From Nanohaloarchaea archaeon B1-Br10_U2g21 (GTDB lineage: Archaea > Nanohalarchaeota > Nanosalinia > Nanosalinales > Nanosalinaceae): a stretch of DNA of 42,825 bases. The stretch spans positions 1 to 42,825 of the forward strand of contig LKMP01000006.1 of the NCBI GenBank assembly GCA_001563915.1. Reading direction: 5' to 3'. The notes under the pieces were generated by a model that was not told the origin of the DNA, did no database searches, and saw only the letters and a list, made by a program, of their open reading frames with translations. Position numbers and translations under genes: made by a program. Position 1 is the stretch's first letter, and every line of letters starts with the position of its first letter. Shown here piece by piece: positions 18,807 to 27,145 of this stretch.

Positions 18807-19271
18807 ATGACCAAAACTAGTCCCGACATTCTAGACCCTTATGAAGAAATAGAAGAAGAATATCAAGACATTTTATACAGTCATGCTAGCGACTCCGCAG
18901 CCCATTACGGCGGTTCTCTACACGAAAGCTCTTCATCATGGAGCCAAATACTAGAGCATATAGGAGACTCATGCGGCTCCATAGATGACAAATGCTATCT
19001 AGGTTATGAGTTAGAGATGGCTGCAGACATGCTTGAAAACACTTCCCATCTAGGTCTGAAAAACGAAGACGAGGAGATTTATCTTTTGATAGGTAGAGCA
19101 TCCGGATTCATAATCGACAAAAATATTCGAACTCCCGAATACTTAATTGGAGAAGTAAAAAAATGGGAAAGCGGAGACACAACCGTGCCCAACTGGAGAT
19201 TTATAGGCGAAATTCGCACTCCTAGCTTCCTGAAAGACACATTAAATAGGCCTCCATCGCTTTCAAAATAA
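18807..19271 (+). CDS. Hypothetical protein (probable paralog of 17424-17903)
   Basis: 154-aa ORF. Confidence 0.65.
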   Translation: MTKTSPDILDPYEEIEEEYQDILYSHASDSAAHYGGSLHESSSSWSQILEHIGDSCGSIDDKCYLGYELEMAADMLENTSHLGLKNEDEEIYLLIGRASGFIIDKNIRTPEYLIGEVKKWESGDTTVPNWRFIGEIRTPSFLKDTLNRPPSLSK

Positions 19272-19316
19272 CCAAATTCTCCCTTCTTATCAGGCAGATA
19301 TCTTGAAAGAAAAAGA

Positions 19317-19598
19317 TTATTTTTCGTCGACCTTTTTTATTAGATGCCAGCCAAATTCTGTCTGTACAGGCTCAGATACTTCCTCTTTACCAAGATCGAA
19401 CGCCTCTCTTTCAAAAGGCTTAACCATATCTCCTCTTCCAAACCATCCGAGATCTCCGCCTTTATTTCCTGACGGACACTCCGATTTTTCTTTTGCAAGT
19501 TCTTCGAAGCTTTCTCCGCCATCTATCTCTTGTTTTATCTGACGAGCATGCTCCCGATTATCTACCAAAATATGTTTGGCGCGTACTTTTTGTACCAT
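19317..19598 (-). CDS. ppiC: Parvulin-type peptidyl-prolyl isomerase
   Basis: RAKHILV, FEELAKEKSECPS..GGDLGWFGRGDMVKPFE, PVQTEFGWHLI. Confidence 0.95.
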   Translation of the reverse strand: MVQKVRAKHILVDNREHARQIKQEIDGGESFEELAKEKSECPSGNKGGDLGWFGRGDMVKPFEREAFDLGKEEVSEPVQTEFGWHLIKKVDEK

Positions 19599-19662
19599 AA
19601 CACCTTTTTCGCCCTCGACATTTTTAGAAACTCGGGGAGAAAAAACATAACCCTCTCAGACT

Positions 19663-20268
19663 TTATACTCCCATTCCTCCAGAGGCCTCAGGAAGATCAA
19701 CTTTCTCATATTCTATTTCTAGCTCATCCAAAGCCTGCTCCAGATGTTTCTCCTTAGCATACTCTGAACCATCCTCTACTCTCAACTTATGAGCCCTAGC
19801 CAGTACTTTAGCCCTCTTCTCATCAGGAATCCTGTATTTATCCGCAGATAACTCCACCACCAACCCGTTATTATCCTGTGTATAAATCGAATGGAAAATT
19901 CCTCTGTTAAACACATTATAACCGTAGCCCTCTCCATCTAATGCATCAGTTATTTGCTCAAACTCGGCCGGATCGATTTTATAAGATATATGATGAACTG
20001 ACCCTGTCTGACCTCTCTGTAGTGGCACAGAAGGCCTATCATCATTAACAAAAAAAGTTAGTATTCTACCATCCCCTGTGTCAAAGAATAAATGCGTCTG
20101 ATTCGGATCATCAAGATTAGGCTGCTTCAATACCAAAGGCATCCCTAAAATATCTTGATAGAACTCTATAGTCTCCTCGGCATTACTCCCCCAAATTGTG
20201 ATATGATCGGTTCCACGAGTTTTCAATAAGCTATCAGGTCTTTCTGTATCAACGTTGAGATCAGTCAT
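19663..20268 (-). CDS. VOC / glyoxalase family protein
   Basis: GTDHITI..FYQDILGMPL, HLFFDTGDG, VHHISY, SIYTQDNNGLVVEL. Confidence 0.9.
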   Translation of the reverse strand: MTDLNVDTERPDSLLKTRGTDHITIWGSNAEETIEFYQDILGMPLVLKQPNLDDPNQTHLFFDTGDGRILTFFVNDDRPSVPLQRGQTGSVHHISYKIDPAEFEQITDALDGEGYGYNVFNRGIFHSIYTQDNNGLVVELSADKYRIPDEKRAKVLARAHKLRVEDGSEYAKEKHLEQALDELEIEYEKVDLPEASGGMGV

Positions 20269-20336
20269 ACTATAATTTGGGAGTCTTGATAGTTAAGTAG
20301 AAATCGGAACTGTATGACAAAAAAGAATAGGTTGTT

Positions 20337-20443
20337 TAGCCCCCCCCGGATTCGAACCAGGGTCACCGGCTTTCTCCTACCAACAGCTTTATCGCTGTAC
20401 AGTAGCCAAAGGCCGGAAGGATTGGCCACTACCCCAGGGGGCT
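20337..20443 (-). tRNA. tRNA-Gln (anticodon UUG) with 34-nt intron at position 37/38 (intron 20372-20405)
   Basis: A1-U72 acceptor AGCCCCC/GGGGGCT; anticodon stem CCGGC/GCCGG; bulge-helix-bulge CUUU/GGAG with GG|C and AA|A bulges. Confidence 0.93.
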
Positions 20444-20455
20444 GTTTTAGATAAA

Positions 20456-20640
20456 TTATAGACCTTTAGCTTTAATTGGTTGAATCAGTCTTATAAACTT
20501 GTCAACTTCATCTTGAGCTGCAACCTGAACAGTCCTATAACCTCCTTTAGAAGTAGATATTCCTAACTCTTCACATGGTTCTCTGAATCTTTGAGATGTG
20601 GTTTTGATGCGTCTTGAATTGTGTTACATCATAGCCATCT
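20456..20640 (-). pseudogene. Frameshifted remnant resembling the C-terminal half of a LAGLIDADG endonuclease domain
   Basis: Three frames stitch to DGYDVTQFK/ASKPHLKD/FREPCEELGISTSKGGYRTVQVAAQDEVDKFIRLIQPIKAKGL*. Confidence 0.5.
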
Positions 20641-20670
20641 AGAGTTATAGCTAGAAAGAGTTTGAGGCCT

Positions 20671-21126
20671 TTATCTTACGGTTATTGTTCCTTCCATTCC
20701 TTGTTCTGCATGACCAGAAACTGAGCATTCGAAGTCGTATTCTCCTTCTTCATCGAACGTTACTTCAAACGAGTCTCTTTCTCCGGAAGAAATTACTTCT
20801 GTTCCCTCATCAAGGTCTGGAATTCTTAAATCATGCTGCATGTCTCCAGTATTAGCAAACACAATTTCAACTGTCTCTCCTTGCTCAACCTCTACATTAT
20901 CTGAGTCAAAGTAATGTTCTCCGCCTTCTATAACTATCTGTCTAACATCTTCTCCATTTTCAGCATCGCTAGTTTCAGAATCTTCATCATCCTCTTCCTC
21001 CACGGATTCGTCTGGTTCTGGCTGGTCCAGCTCTCCTTCAGGAGTTTCTGGATCTTCCCCATTTAAACAACCTGATGTCACTAAGATTGCTGAAACCAGA
21101 AGTAGAAGTGCTATCCGACTTTCCAT
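20671..21126 (-). CDS. Cupredoxin (halocyanin/plastocyanin-like) lipoprotein
   Basis: Lipobox LVTSGC, acidic linker, type-1 copper ligands H(DL)..C(SVSG)H(AEQG)M. Confidence 0.9.
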   Translation of the reverse strand: MESRIALLLLVSAILVTSGCLNGEDPETPEGELDQPEPDESVEEEDDEDSETSDAENGEDVRQIVIEGGEHYFDSDNVEVEQGETVEIVFANTGDMQHDLRIPDLDEGTEVISSGERDSFEVTFDEEGEYDFECSVSGHAEQGMEGTITVR

Positions 21127-21202
21127 AACTTTGTATTAAATCGGAGTTTTTTAATATAAACTCCAGATTACCCGATCTTAAGCGCAAACTTAAAATTGGC
21201 TA

Positions 21203-21275
21203 TAGCCCCCACAGGATTCGAACCTGTGTCTTCACGCCCAGAACGTGAAAGGATTGGCCACTACCCCAGGGGGCT
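21203..21275 (-). tRNA. tRNA-Gln (anticodon CUG)
   Basis: AGCCCCC/GGGGGCT acceptor; anticodon arm TCACG-TTCTGGG-CGTGA; GGTTCGAATCC T arm. Confidence 0.95.
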
Positions 21276-21342
21276 GCTTTCTTAAGAACTGTAGAATATA
21301 GCAATCTTAATAACCGGAGACTTTTTTCAGAAATTCTCTAAT

Positions 21343-21357
21343 AGACCTATTTTTGAG
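21343..21357. repeat. 15-bp motif AGACCTATTTTTGAG, copy 1
   Basis: Exact copy at 24431-24445. Confidence 0.75.
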
Positions 21358-21359
21358 GT

Positions 21360-22271
21360 TTAGGCCTGTTTTTGCCTCATCCTTTCTACTGAGTCTGCTA
21401 CTATGTTTAGAGCATCTTCAACGTTTTCCTCTGCCTGTTCAATAGATTTCTTCTCAGATTCATAGAGTCTGGCTCTTCTGAGTTGTTTTTGGACTCTGTT
21501 TATTTCTAAGTGATATTTCTGGATTTCTTTTGAGAACTCTTCTACTTCTTCTTCGAGCTGTAATAACGTTATTTCTTCAGCTCCTTCTTCCTGCGCCATT
21601 TGGTTTATTTCAGCTCTGAGTGTAGCTTCTATTTTTTGTCCTAATTGTTCGAGTCTTTGCTCGAATTTTTTCTGTTTTCTTGTGCCTGATTCAGCCACGA
21701 TTTTTCTTAATGTGCTTAATTGTTGCTCGAATTTTTCTGATTCTTGTTGCAGATAGTCTTCGGCGGTAAATCCTTTTTCTTGGTTTTTCTCTAATTCTGC
21801 AACCATTAAGGCTAGAATTCTCATCTCTTCTGCCTCCTGCTCTAGTCTCTGTGAGATGTCCAGAAGAGATTTTATGATGTAATCTGCATCATCTTCAGTA
21901 AGGCTTTCCTTCATTCTGTTAATGTTGCGGTTAATGTCTTGTAGTTCTAATCGAACAGAGTATTGTTCTTCTCCAATTATTTGCTCTGTTTTCTGTATAA
22001 GAGCAATCATTTTGCTAATATCCTGTATTCCATTTTCTATACTTTTTAGAGAGTCTCGTATTTCTTCTTCTATGTTGTTGGCCTTATCTAAAGCCTGTCT
22101 AATTTCTTGATCAGTGAGTTCATCTCCCTTGTTTTCTAGCCATTCGTCCAATTGGAATTCTTTTGCCTCAAGTTCATTTTCTTTGCCTAAAACGTTTTCA
22201 AAAAGCAGTCTGGCATCTGGAGTTATACGTTTGAACTTTTTAGCAAATCTGTATACAGGAGTTTTCCCCAT
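21360..22271 (-). CDS. Coiled-coil protein (paralog of 22328-23347)
   Basis: 303 aa, E/K/Q/L heptads, alignable to its neighbour. Confidence 0.8.
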   Translation of the reverse strand: MGKTPVYRFAKKFKRITPDARLLFENVLGKENELEAKEFQLDEWLENKGDELTDQEIRQALDKANNIEEEIRDSLKSIENGIQDISKMIALIQKTEQIIGEEQYSVRLELQDINRNINRMKESLTEDDADYIIKSLLDISQRLEQEAEEMRILALMVAELEKNQEKGFTAEDYLQQESEKFEQQLSTLRKIVAESGTRKQKKFEQRLEQLGQKIEATLRAEINQMAQEEGAEEITLLQLEEEVEEFSKEIQKYHLEINRVQKQLRRARLYESEKKSIEQAEENVEDALNIVADSVERMRQKQA

Positions 22272-22327
22272 GTTTTAGGATATGCTTTTTCCGGTTAAAA
22301 AGATTTTACAGTCTAGATTCTTTTTAC

Positions 22328-23347
22328 TTAGTTACTGAAAATTTTCTTTGCCATGCTTCCTGCCTGTCCCGCCATCTTTTGTATATCTTGAAACTGTGCT
22401 TCTTCAGACTGAAGCTTGCCTGAAACACCCTCCATTCTTTGCTGAGCTTCCTGTACATTACCAATAGCTTGCTGAATGGCTTGTTCATCTTCTTGGTAAA
22501 CTGAGCTTTGAGGCAAATCTGATTCTACTCTGTTTACTTCAGTTCTAAATGTTTCTAGTTCTGATGTGAACTCTTCAACTCCTTTTTTCAATTGAGAAAT
22601 AGTATTTTTTTCAGCGTTGAGTTGTTGGGACTCTTGATTTAACTCAGTCTCAAGCTGTTCTTCAATTTTCCTCTCAATAGTTTCAAGTTTTTCTTCAAAT
22701 CGTGCTTCCTGTTCTGTTCCTGCTTCTCTTATCAGCCTCTTCAAAGCCTTCAGTTCTTCTTTAAACCGCCCTACTTCTTGTTCTAGATGACCTTCAGCTT
22801 GAAGTTCCATGCTTTCAGTTCTTTCAAGATCGTATATCATTAGGGCTAGTTCCTCCATATCTTCGGACGCTGCTTCTATTTTCACTGAAACATCAAGAAG
22901 TTCTTTTACAACGTAGTCAGCATCTTCTTTAGTTAGGCCTCCTTCCTCCATCTTTCCTATATTTCGGCTAATATCTTGAAGTTCTTGGCTGATAGAATAT
23001 TCTTCTTTTCCAACCACTTGTTCTGCCTGCCTGACTTTCTCAATCATTTTTGCTTTTTGTTGAATGGCTTTTTCCATCCTCTGAATTATATCTTCTAATT
23101 CTTCTTCGATATTTTCTCCTTCTTCCAGGGCTTTTTGAAGTTCTGCAGGACTTGGTGTGCCGTTGAGTCCGCTCAGCCAGTTTCCTAGCCTCGTCTCTCT
23201 TTGGTCTACATCTTCCTCCTCATCAACAACTAGCTCAGCAGTTTTCCTGACTTCTTGAGCGAGGCCTCTTACATCTTTTCCAGTTATTCTCTTGCGCTTA
23301 CGTTTCTTTTGCTTTCCTCTACTGAACAAGCTGCCGAGAATGCCCAT
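22328..23347 (-). CDS. Coiled-coil protein with amphipathic/basic N-terminus
   Basis: 339 aa; MGILGSLFSRGKQKKRKRKR followed by long heptads. Confidence 0.8.
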   Translation of the reverse strand: MGILGSLFSRGKQKKRKRKRITGKDVRGLAQEVRKTAELVVDEEEDVDQRETRLGNWLSGLNGTPSPAELQKALEEGENIEEELEDIIQRMEKAIQQKAKMIEKVRQAEQVVGKEEYSISQELQDISRNIGKMEEGGLTKEDADYVVKELLDVSVKIEAASEDMEELALMIYDLERTESMELQAEGHLEQEVGRFKEELKALKRLIREAGTEQEARFEEKLETIERKIEEQLETELNQESQQLNAEKNTISQLKKGVEEFTSELETFRTEVNRVESDLPQSSVYQEDEQAIQQAIGNVQEAQQRMEGVSGKLQSEEAQFQDIQKMAGQAGSMAKKIFSN

Positions 23348-23453
23348 ATATCAAATAGCGTATGTGTCCAGTTTAAACCTTTCTGCCTGTAAAAATAATG
23401 ATGGGTAAACCTATGTTGGTTCTGAACGTCTATTCAAAATCCCGGTTTAATTT

Positions 23454-23948
23454 TTAAGAGATATTTTTAACCATGTATGTTCTTTCAGGATGTTCTGGGT
23501 CAGAAACATTGAGATCCTCAAATCCGTGACTTTTGTAAAATTTATAGGCTTGTTCTGAATTTGGATTTGTTCTAAGCACCATCTTGTCATATTTCTCAGC
23601 TTTTTCAGTCATGTTTTTGAGCAGCTTACTTCCAAGATGTTCGTGCTGATGATTAGGACTAATAGCAAGTTCATCGAGATAGGCTACTTCAAATCCTTTT
23701 AGAGGCTTCCAAAAATTCTCTGAATCTGGGTAAGGAGAGTCTCTTTGATTCATAGGATAAAGCATTGCAAACCCTTCTACTACCTTATCTATCTCTGCGA
23801 CTAGGATAATCGAGTCTCGTTCTTCATTTTTCTCAAGTTCTTCCTCTTCTTCTTCAAAAGATGTATCTTCCCAATATGGAGGCTTCCAAACTTTACTCCC
23901 TATTTCAGCTATTCTTTCTTCATCTGAAGGTCTGAACTCTCTAATCAT
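23454..23948 (-). CDS. GNAT family N-acetyltransferase
   Basis: AYLDELAISPNHQHEHLGSKLL (motif A), AYKFYKSHGF (motif B). Confidence 0.9.
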   Translation of the reverse strand: MIREFRPSDEERIAEIGSKVWKPPYWEDTSFEEEEEELEKNEERDSIILVAEIDKVVEGFAMLYPMNQRDSPYPDSENFWKPLKGFEVAYLDELAISPNHQHEHLGSKLLKNMTEKAEKYDKMVLRTNPNSEQAYKFYKSHGFEDLNVSDPEHPERTYMVKNIS

Positions 23949-24291
23949 GATCTATAGTTGTGAAATAGAGAACTTAATAATTAGAATCGTGGCAGAATTG
24001 GTTACGAAGCATGTTTGCTGACGGCGAAATAAGTAAGGAAGTATAAAAGGAAAAATTGAGTCCTCGAATATTTCTTCATCACACATCTGTAATAGTATTA
24101 GAATCCTTCCTACAGATCTATACCGTATTCCTTATTAGATCCTGATATTTTTATCAGATTTGAACGTTGTTTAGATTGGGTTTAAGCTTTCTTTTACCGT
24201 ATCCTATTTTTGACGAGACGTCACAACGCTTAAACCGCCAGAAGGTTAGTCGGCCTTATGTATCCGCTGCATAGTGAGTTAGATAGAAACA

Positions 24292-24378
24292 CGCCGGGGC
24301 CGGGATTCGAACCCGGGCGGGCTTTAGAAGCCCAATGGCTTAGCAAGCCATCGCGTTAAGCCACTCTGCCACCCCGAC
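24292..24378 (-). tRNA. tRNA-Ser (anticodon GCU)
   Basis: Anticodon arm ATGGC-TTGCTAA-GCCAT; long variable arm GGGCTT..AAGCCC; discriminator G. Confidence 0.95.
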
Positions 24379-24430
24379 ACAGTGTATAGTTTTAGATGTA
24401 GGTTAACTGTTTAAAACTGGTCGGGCTCTG

Positions 24431-24445
24431 AGACCTATTTTTGAG
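24431..24445. repeat. 15-bp motif AGACCTATTTTTGAG, copy 2
   Basis: Exact copy at 21343-21357. Confidence 0.75.
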
Positions 24446-24446
24446 A

Positions 24447-24821
24447 TTATTTTTCTTTTGAAATCTGAAACTCAAATATTACGTATGCTATACCAAGCGC
24501 CATGAATCCTGTGAATCCATTCCAAAATGCCTGTAATACGAATTTAGCGTCATTGGTTATATGGCCTAGATTGTATATGAATTCTATGGACATCCATAGT
24601 GCTACTAGAATGACTCCAAAAAGTGCTATGCCCATGTTTATAATTCCCCATTCTCCCGACAACTTATGCACTATGCCTCCTATCAGCGCTACTACTCCAT
24701 AAAGTAATGAAACAACAGTAAAAGTATTAAGAACAGAGTTAATATATGCAAAAGTTGTTACAGACACTAGTATCACTGCTGAAATTAGTATTGGCTTTGA
24801 ATCTTTCTGACCTTGCCTCAT
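24447..24821 (-). CDS. Hypothetical membrane protein (about 4 TM)
   Basis: 124 aa, four hydrophobic segments. Confidence 0.7.
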   Translation of the reverse strand: MRQGQKDSKPILISAVILVSVTTFAYINSVLNTFTVVSLLYGVVALIGGIVHKLSGEWGIINMGIALFGVILVALWMSIEFIYNLGHITNDAKFVLQAFWNGFTGFMALGIAYVIFEFQISKEK

Positions 24822-24958
24822 ATCTATGTAGTAGACTTGGACTACGTATAAATTTCGCGGTCAAAATACCCGGTATAAAGTTTTTATTTGAGCCCTATGC
24901 TGAGCGGATAAGGTATTTAAGTTTCTGAGGGCCTTCTTGTTGTATAAGTGGTTCAATA

Positions 24959-25234
24959 ATGGCGCAAAATATCCTTGATTTCTCCGATGTAACGGGGAAG
25001 ACGGTATATACGAACAAGGGTTCGTACTGTGGAAAAGTAAAAGATATAGAGATTGACTTGGGAAAGTTCGCTGTCAGAGCAGTAGTAGTCGGAGCTGATA
25101 AAGAGTCTTATCTTGCCCAAAAAGTTGGGGGAAGTAAAAACGTTGTTATCCCTTATAGAATGGTTCAAGCCGTTGACGATGTAATTATCATTAAGGACTT
25201 CCAGACCAGCCAGGTAGATAAAGAAGATAATTAA
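24959..25234 (+). CDS. PRC-barrel domain protein (CdpB-like cell division factor)
   Basis: GKTVYTNKGSYCGKVKDIEID, VVIPYRMVQAVDDVIII. Confidence 0.88.
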   Translation: MAQNILDFSDVTGKTVYTNKGSYCGKVKDIEIDLGKFAVRAVVVGADKESYLAQKVGGSKNVVIPYRMVQAVDDVIIIKDFQTSQVDKEDN

Positions 25235-26226
25235 AGTTCTTTAGGCGTCTGGCTTAGTTGGTCTGAGCCGTTACTGGTTACATGAACCGTATCTTCTATT
25301 CTTACCCCTCCTAATTCTTTCAAGTGTAGTCCTGGCTCTACAGTCACTACCATTCCTTCCTTGAACTTTTCATCACAACTGTGTGATAGAGTTGGCGGTT
25401 CATGCGTCTCTAATCCAATTCCGTGGCTGAAATACAACACATTTTTATCAGGATTAAAGCCTTTTTCTTCAACCAAACGATATTCATGTTCTTTCCATTC
25501 GGCCACTGACAGTCCTGGTTCAATCATTTCTATTAGTTCTTTTTGTATATCTCTAACAGCATTGAACAATTCTATCTGTCTTTCGTTTGGATTTTCGCAG
25601 AAAGTACGAGTTACATCGCTACAGTAATGGTCTACTCTGCACCCTGTATCAACTATTACTAAGTCTTCAGAAAGAATTTTTTTGTGTGATGGAGGCCTAT
25701 GAGGTCTTAAAACATTTCTCTGCACCAGGCTTTCTCCTTTGTTCGTTATAAATGACTCTGGGACTTTTTCTTCTATGTAAAACTTTTTTAGCTCCCCTAC
25801 GGCCTCAAATTCAGTTAATCCTACTAAATTAGGTTTTAATTCTTCAAAAGCTCTGTCAGTTATCTGGCAAGCTTCCCTAATTTTTTCTACTTCTTCCATC
25901 GTCTTTATTTTTCTTAGCTCATTTACTATATCAGTTTGCTCTACTTCAAATTTTTCAGGTAGTAACCCTTCTTTTCCGGCAATATAGACTTTATCGTAGT
26001 CTAAATTCTCAAAATGATCTAGGTAATCTTGAAGAGAGAACGCGTATCGAGCGTCAACATCTTCATACATGTAGAAACGCGGAAGCACCATTTCAACGTC
26101 TTCCTGAGTTATAAAACAATATCCGGCCATTTCTAGGCCGAAGAAGTACAAAAAGTCATAGGAACTATTTATACAAACGGTTTCTATTCCTTCATCCCTC
26201 ATTTTCTGCCTTAACCGTTCTAACAT
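25231..26226 (-). CDS. M24 family Xaa-Pro peptidase
   Basis: DTG..YCSDVTRT, HGIGLETHE, TVEPG, GGVRIED. Confidence 0.93.
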   Translation of the reverse strand: MLERLRQKMRDEGIETVCINSSYDFLYFFGLEMAGYCFITQEDVEMVLPRFYMYEDVDARYAFSLQDYLDHFENLDYDKVYIAGKEGLLPEKFEVEQTDIVNELRKIKTMEEVEKIREACQITDRAFEELKPNLVGLTEFEAVGELKKFYIEEKVPESFITNKGESLVQRNVLRPHRPPSHKKILSEDLVIVDTGCRVDHYCSDVTRTFCENPNERQIELFNAVRDIQKELIEMIEPGLSVAEWKEHEYRLVEEKGFNPDKNVLYFSHGIGLETHEPPTLSHSCDEKFKEGMVVTVEPGLHLKELGGVRIEDTVHVTSNGSDQLSQTPKEL

Positions 26227-26280
26227 AGTTACATTTTTGGAAGCCTAACGGTTTAAACTTGGGGCTCCGAAATAATTTGT

Positions 26281-26577
26281 ATGATAGAAGTCTTTGTCTC
26301 AGTAGGTTACAGCCTGATTGAGGCCTCTTGGACGGCTGCTGCAATGGCGATAAAGTATTATCTTGCTTTTACTGTTTTCAGATTAAGCATGGATGAAAAA
26401 TTAGATTTGCCGTCCTTTGAAGAAAAAGTGCTTGAAGAGTCTGCTACAGTAGTTACTGCAGTTTTCGTATTTGGTGCTTTAATGCTGGTTACAGGTGTGA
26501 ATTCTGATCCTGTTCTAAAGTTTTTCAGTGAGTTAACAGCTTTGGCTTATCTTGGCTTCCTTTTCTGGAAGTTCTAA
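26281..26577 (+). CDS. Small hypothetical membrane protein
   Basis: 98 aa, three hydrophobic segments. Confidence 0.6.
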   Translation: MIEVFVSVGYSLIEASWTAAAMAIKYYLAFTVFRLSMDEKLDLPSFEEKVLEESATVVTAVFVFGALMLVTGVNSDPVLKFFSELTALAYLGFLFWKF

Positions 26578-26900
26578 CTTAAGCGAGCTTGGATTTGTGA
26601 ATGCCAGTGATCTAATGCCTCAGAGGTGATGTCCATGATTTCTTCCATGGGTAGCGTTGTATAAACATAGTATACAGTCTTATCTGTTTTACCTTCTCTG
26701 ACTAAGAGATCTTTATCTAGCATTTTTTGAAGCGCTCTCTGAACTGTTGAACGATTTCGTCCTACTTTGGATGCTATTTCCTGTACTGTAAGTTGTGAAC
26801 CATCTAAAACTTGAAAAATATCTTTTTGGAGGTCGTTTAATCCAAAGACTTCGAATACTATTTCATCTTTGGACTTATTCTCTAGTTCCAGCAATTCCAT
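26574..26900 (-). CDS. Winged-helix (TrmB-like) transcriptional regulator
   Basis: VFGLNDLQ..LTVQEIASKVGRNRSTVQRALQKM..YYVY; start set to MELLE. Confidence 0.85.
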   Translation of the reverse strand: MELLELENKSKDEIVFEVFGLNDLQKDIFQVLDGSQLTVQEIASKVGRNRSTVQRALQKMLDKDLLVREGKTDKTVYYVYTTLPMEEIMDITSEALDHWHSQIQARLS

Positions 26901-26932
26901 TGAATAATATGTAAAATTCCACAGGTTTAAAT

Positions 26933-27145
26933 TCATCCCCCTGCTATAACGTCAAAGATATTTAGTTCGTCTCCATCTTTTACTTTATGGCTCTCAGAAA
27001 TAATTTGTCCGTTTCTAGCGACTAAAACTTCCTGCTTTTCTATATCGAGCTTATCCAGTAGTTCGGAGACAGTCAAACCTTTCTCAATCTCTATTTCTCT
27101 GATTCTTTGCTCTACTAAGTCATCTCGCACAATTTTTATCTTGAT
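26933..27145 (-). CDS. ThiS/MoaD/SAMP ubiquitin-like protein (start uncertain)
   Basis: TVSELLDKLDI, VARNGQII, VKDGDEL, C-terminal IAGG; strand beta-1 (IKIKIV) lies upstream of the GTG at 27130. Confidence 0.8.
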   Translation of the reverse strand: MKIKIVRDDLVEQRIREIEIEKGLTVSELLDKLDIEKQEVLVARNGQIISESHKVKDGDELNIFDVIAGG

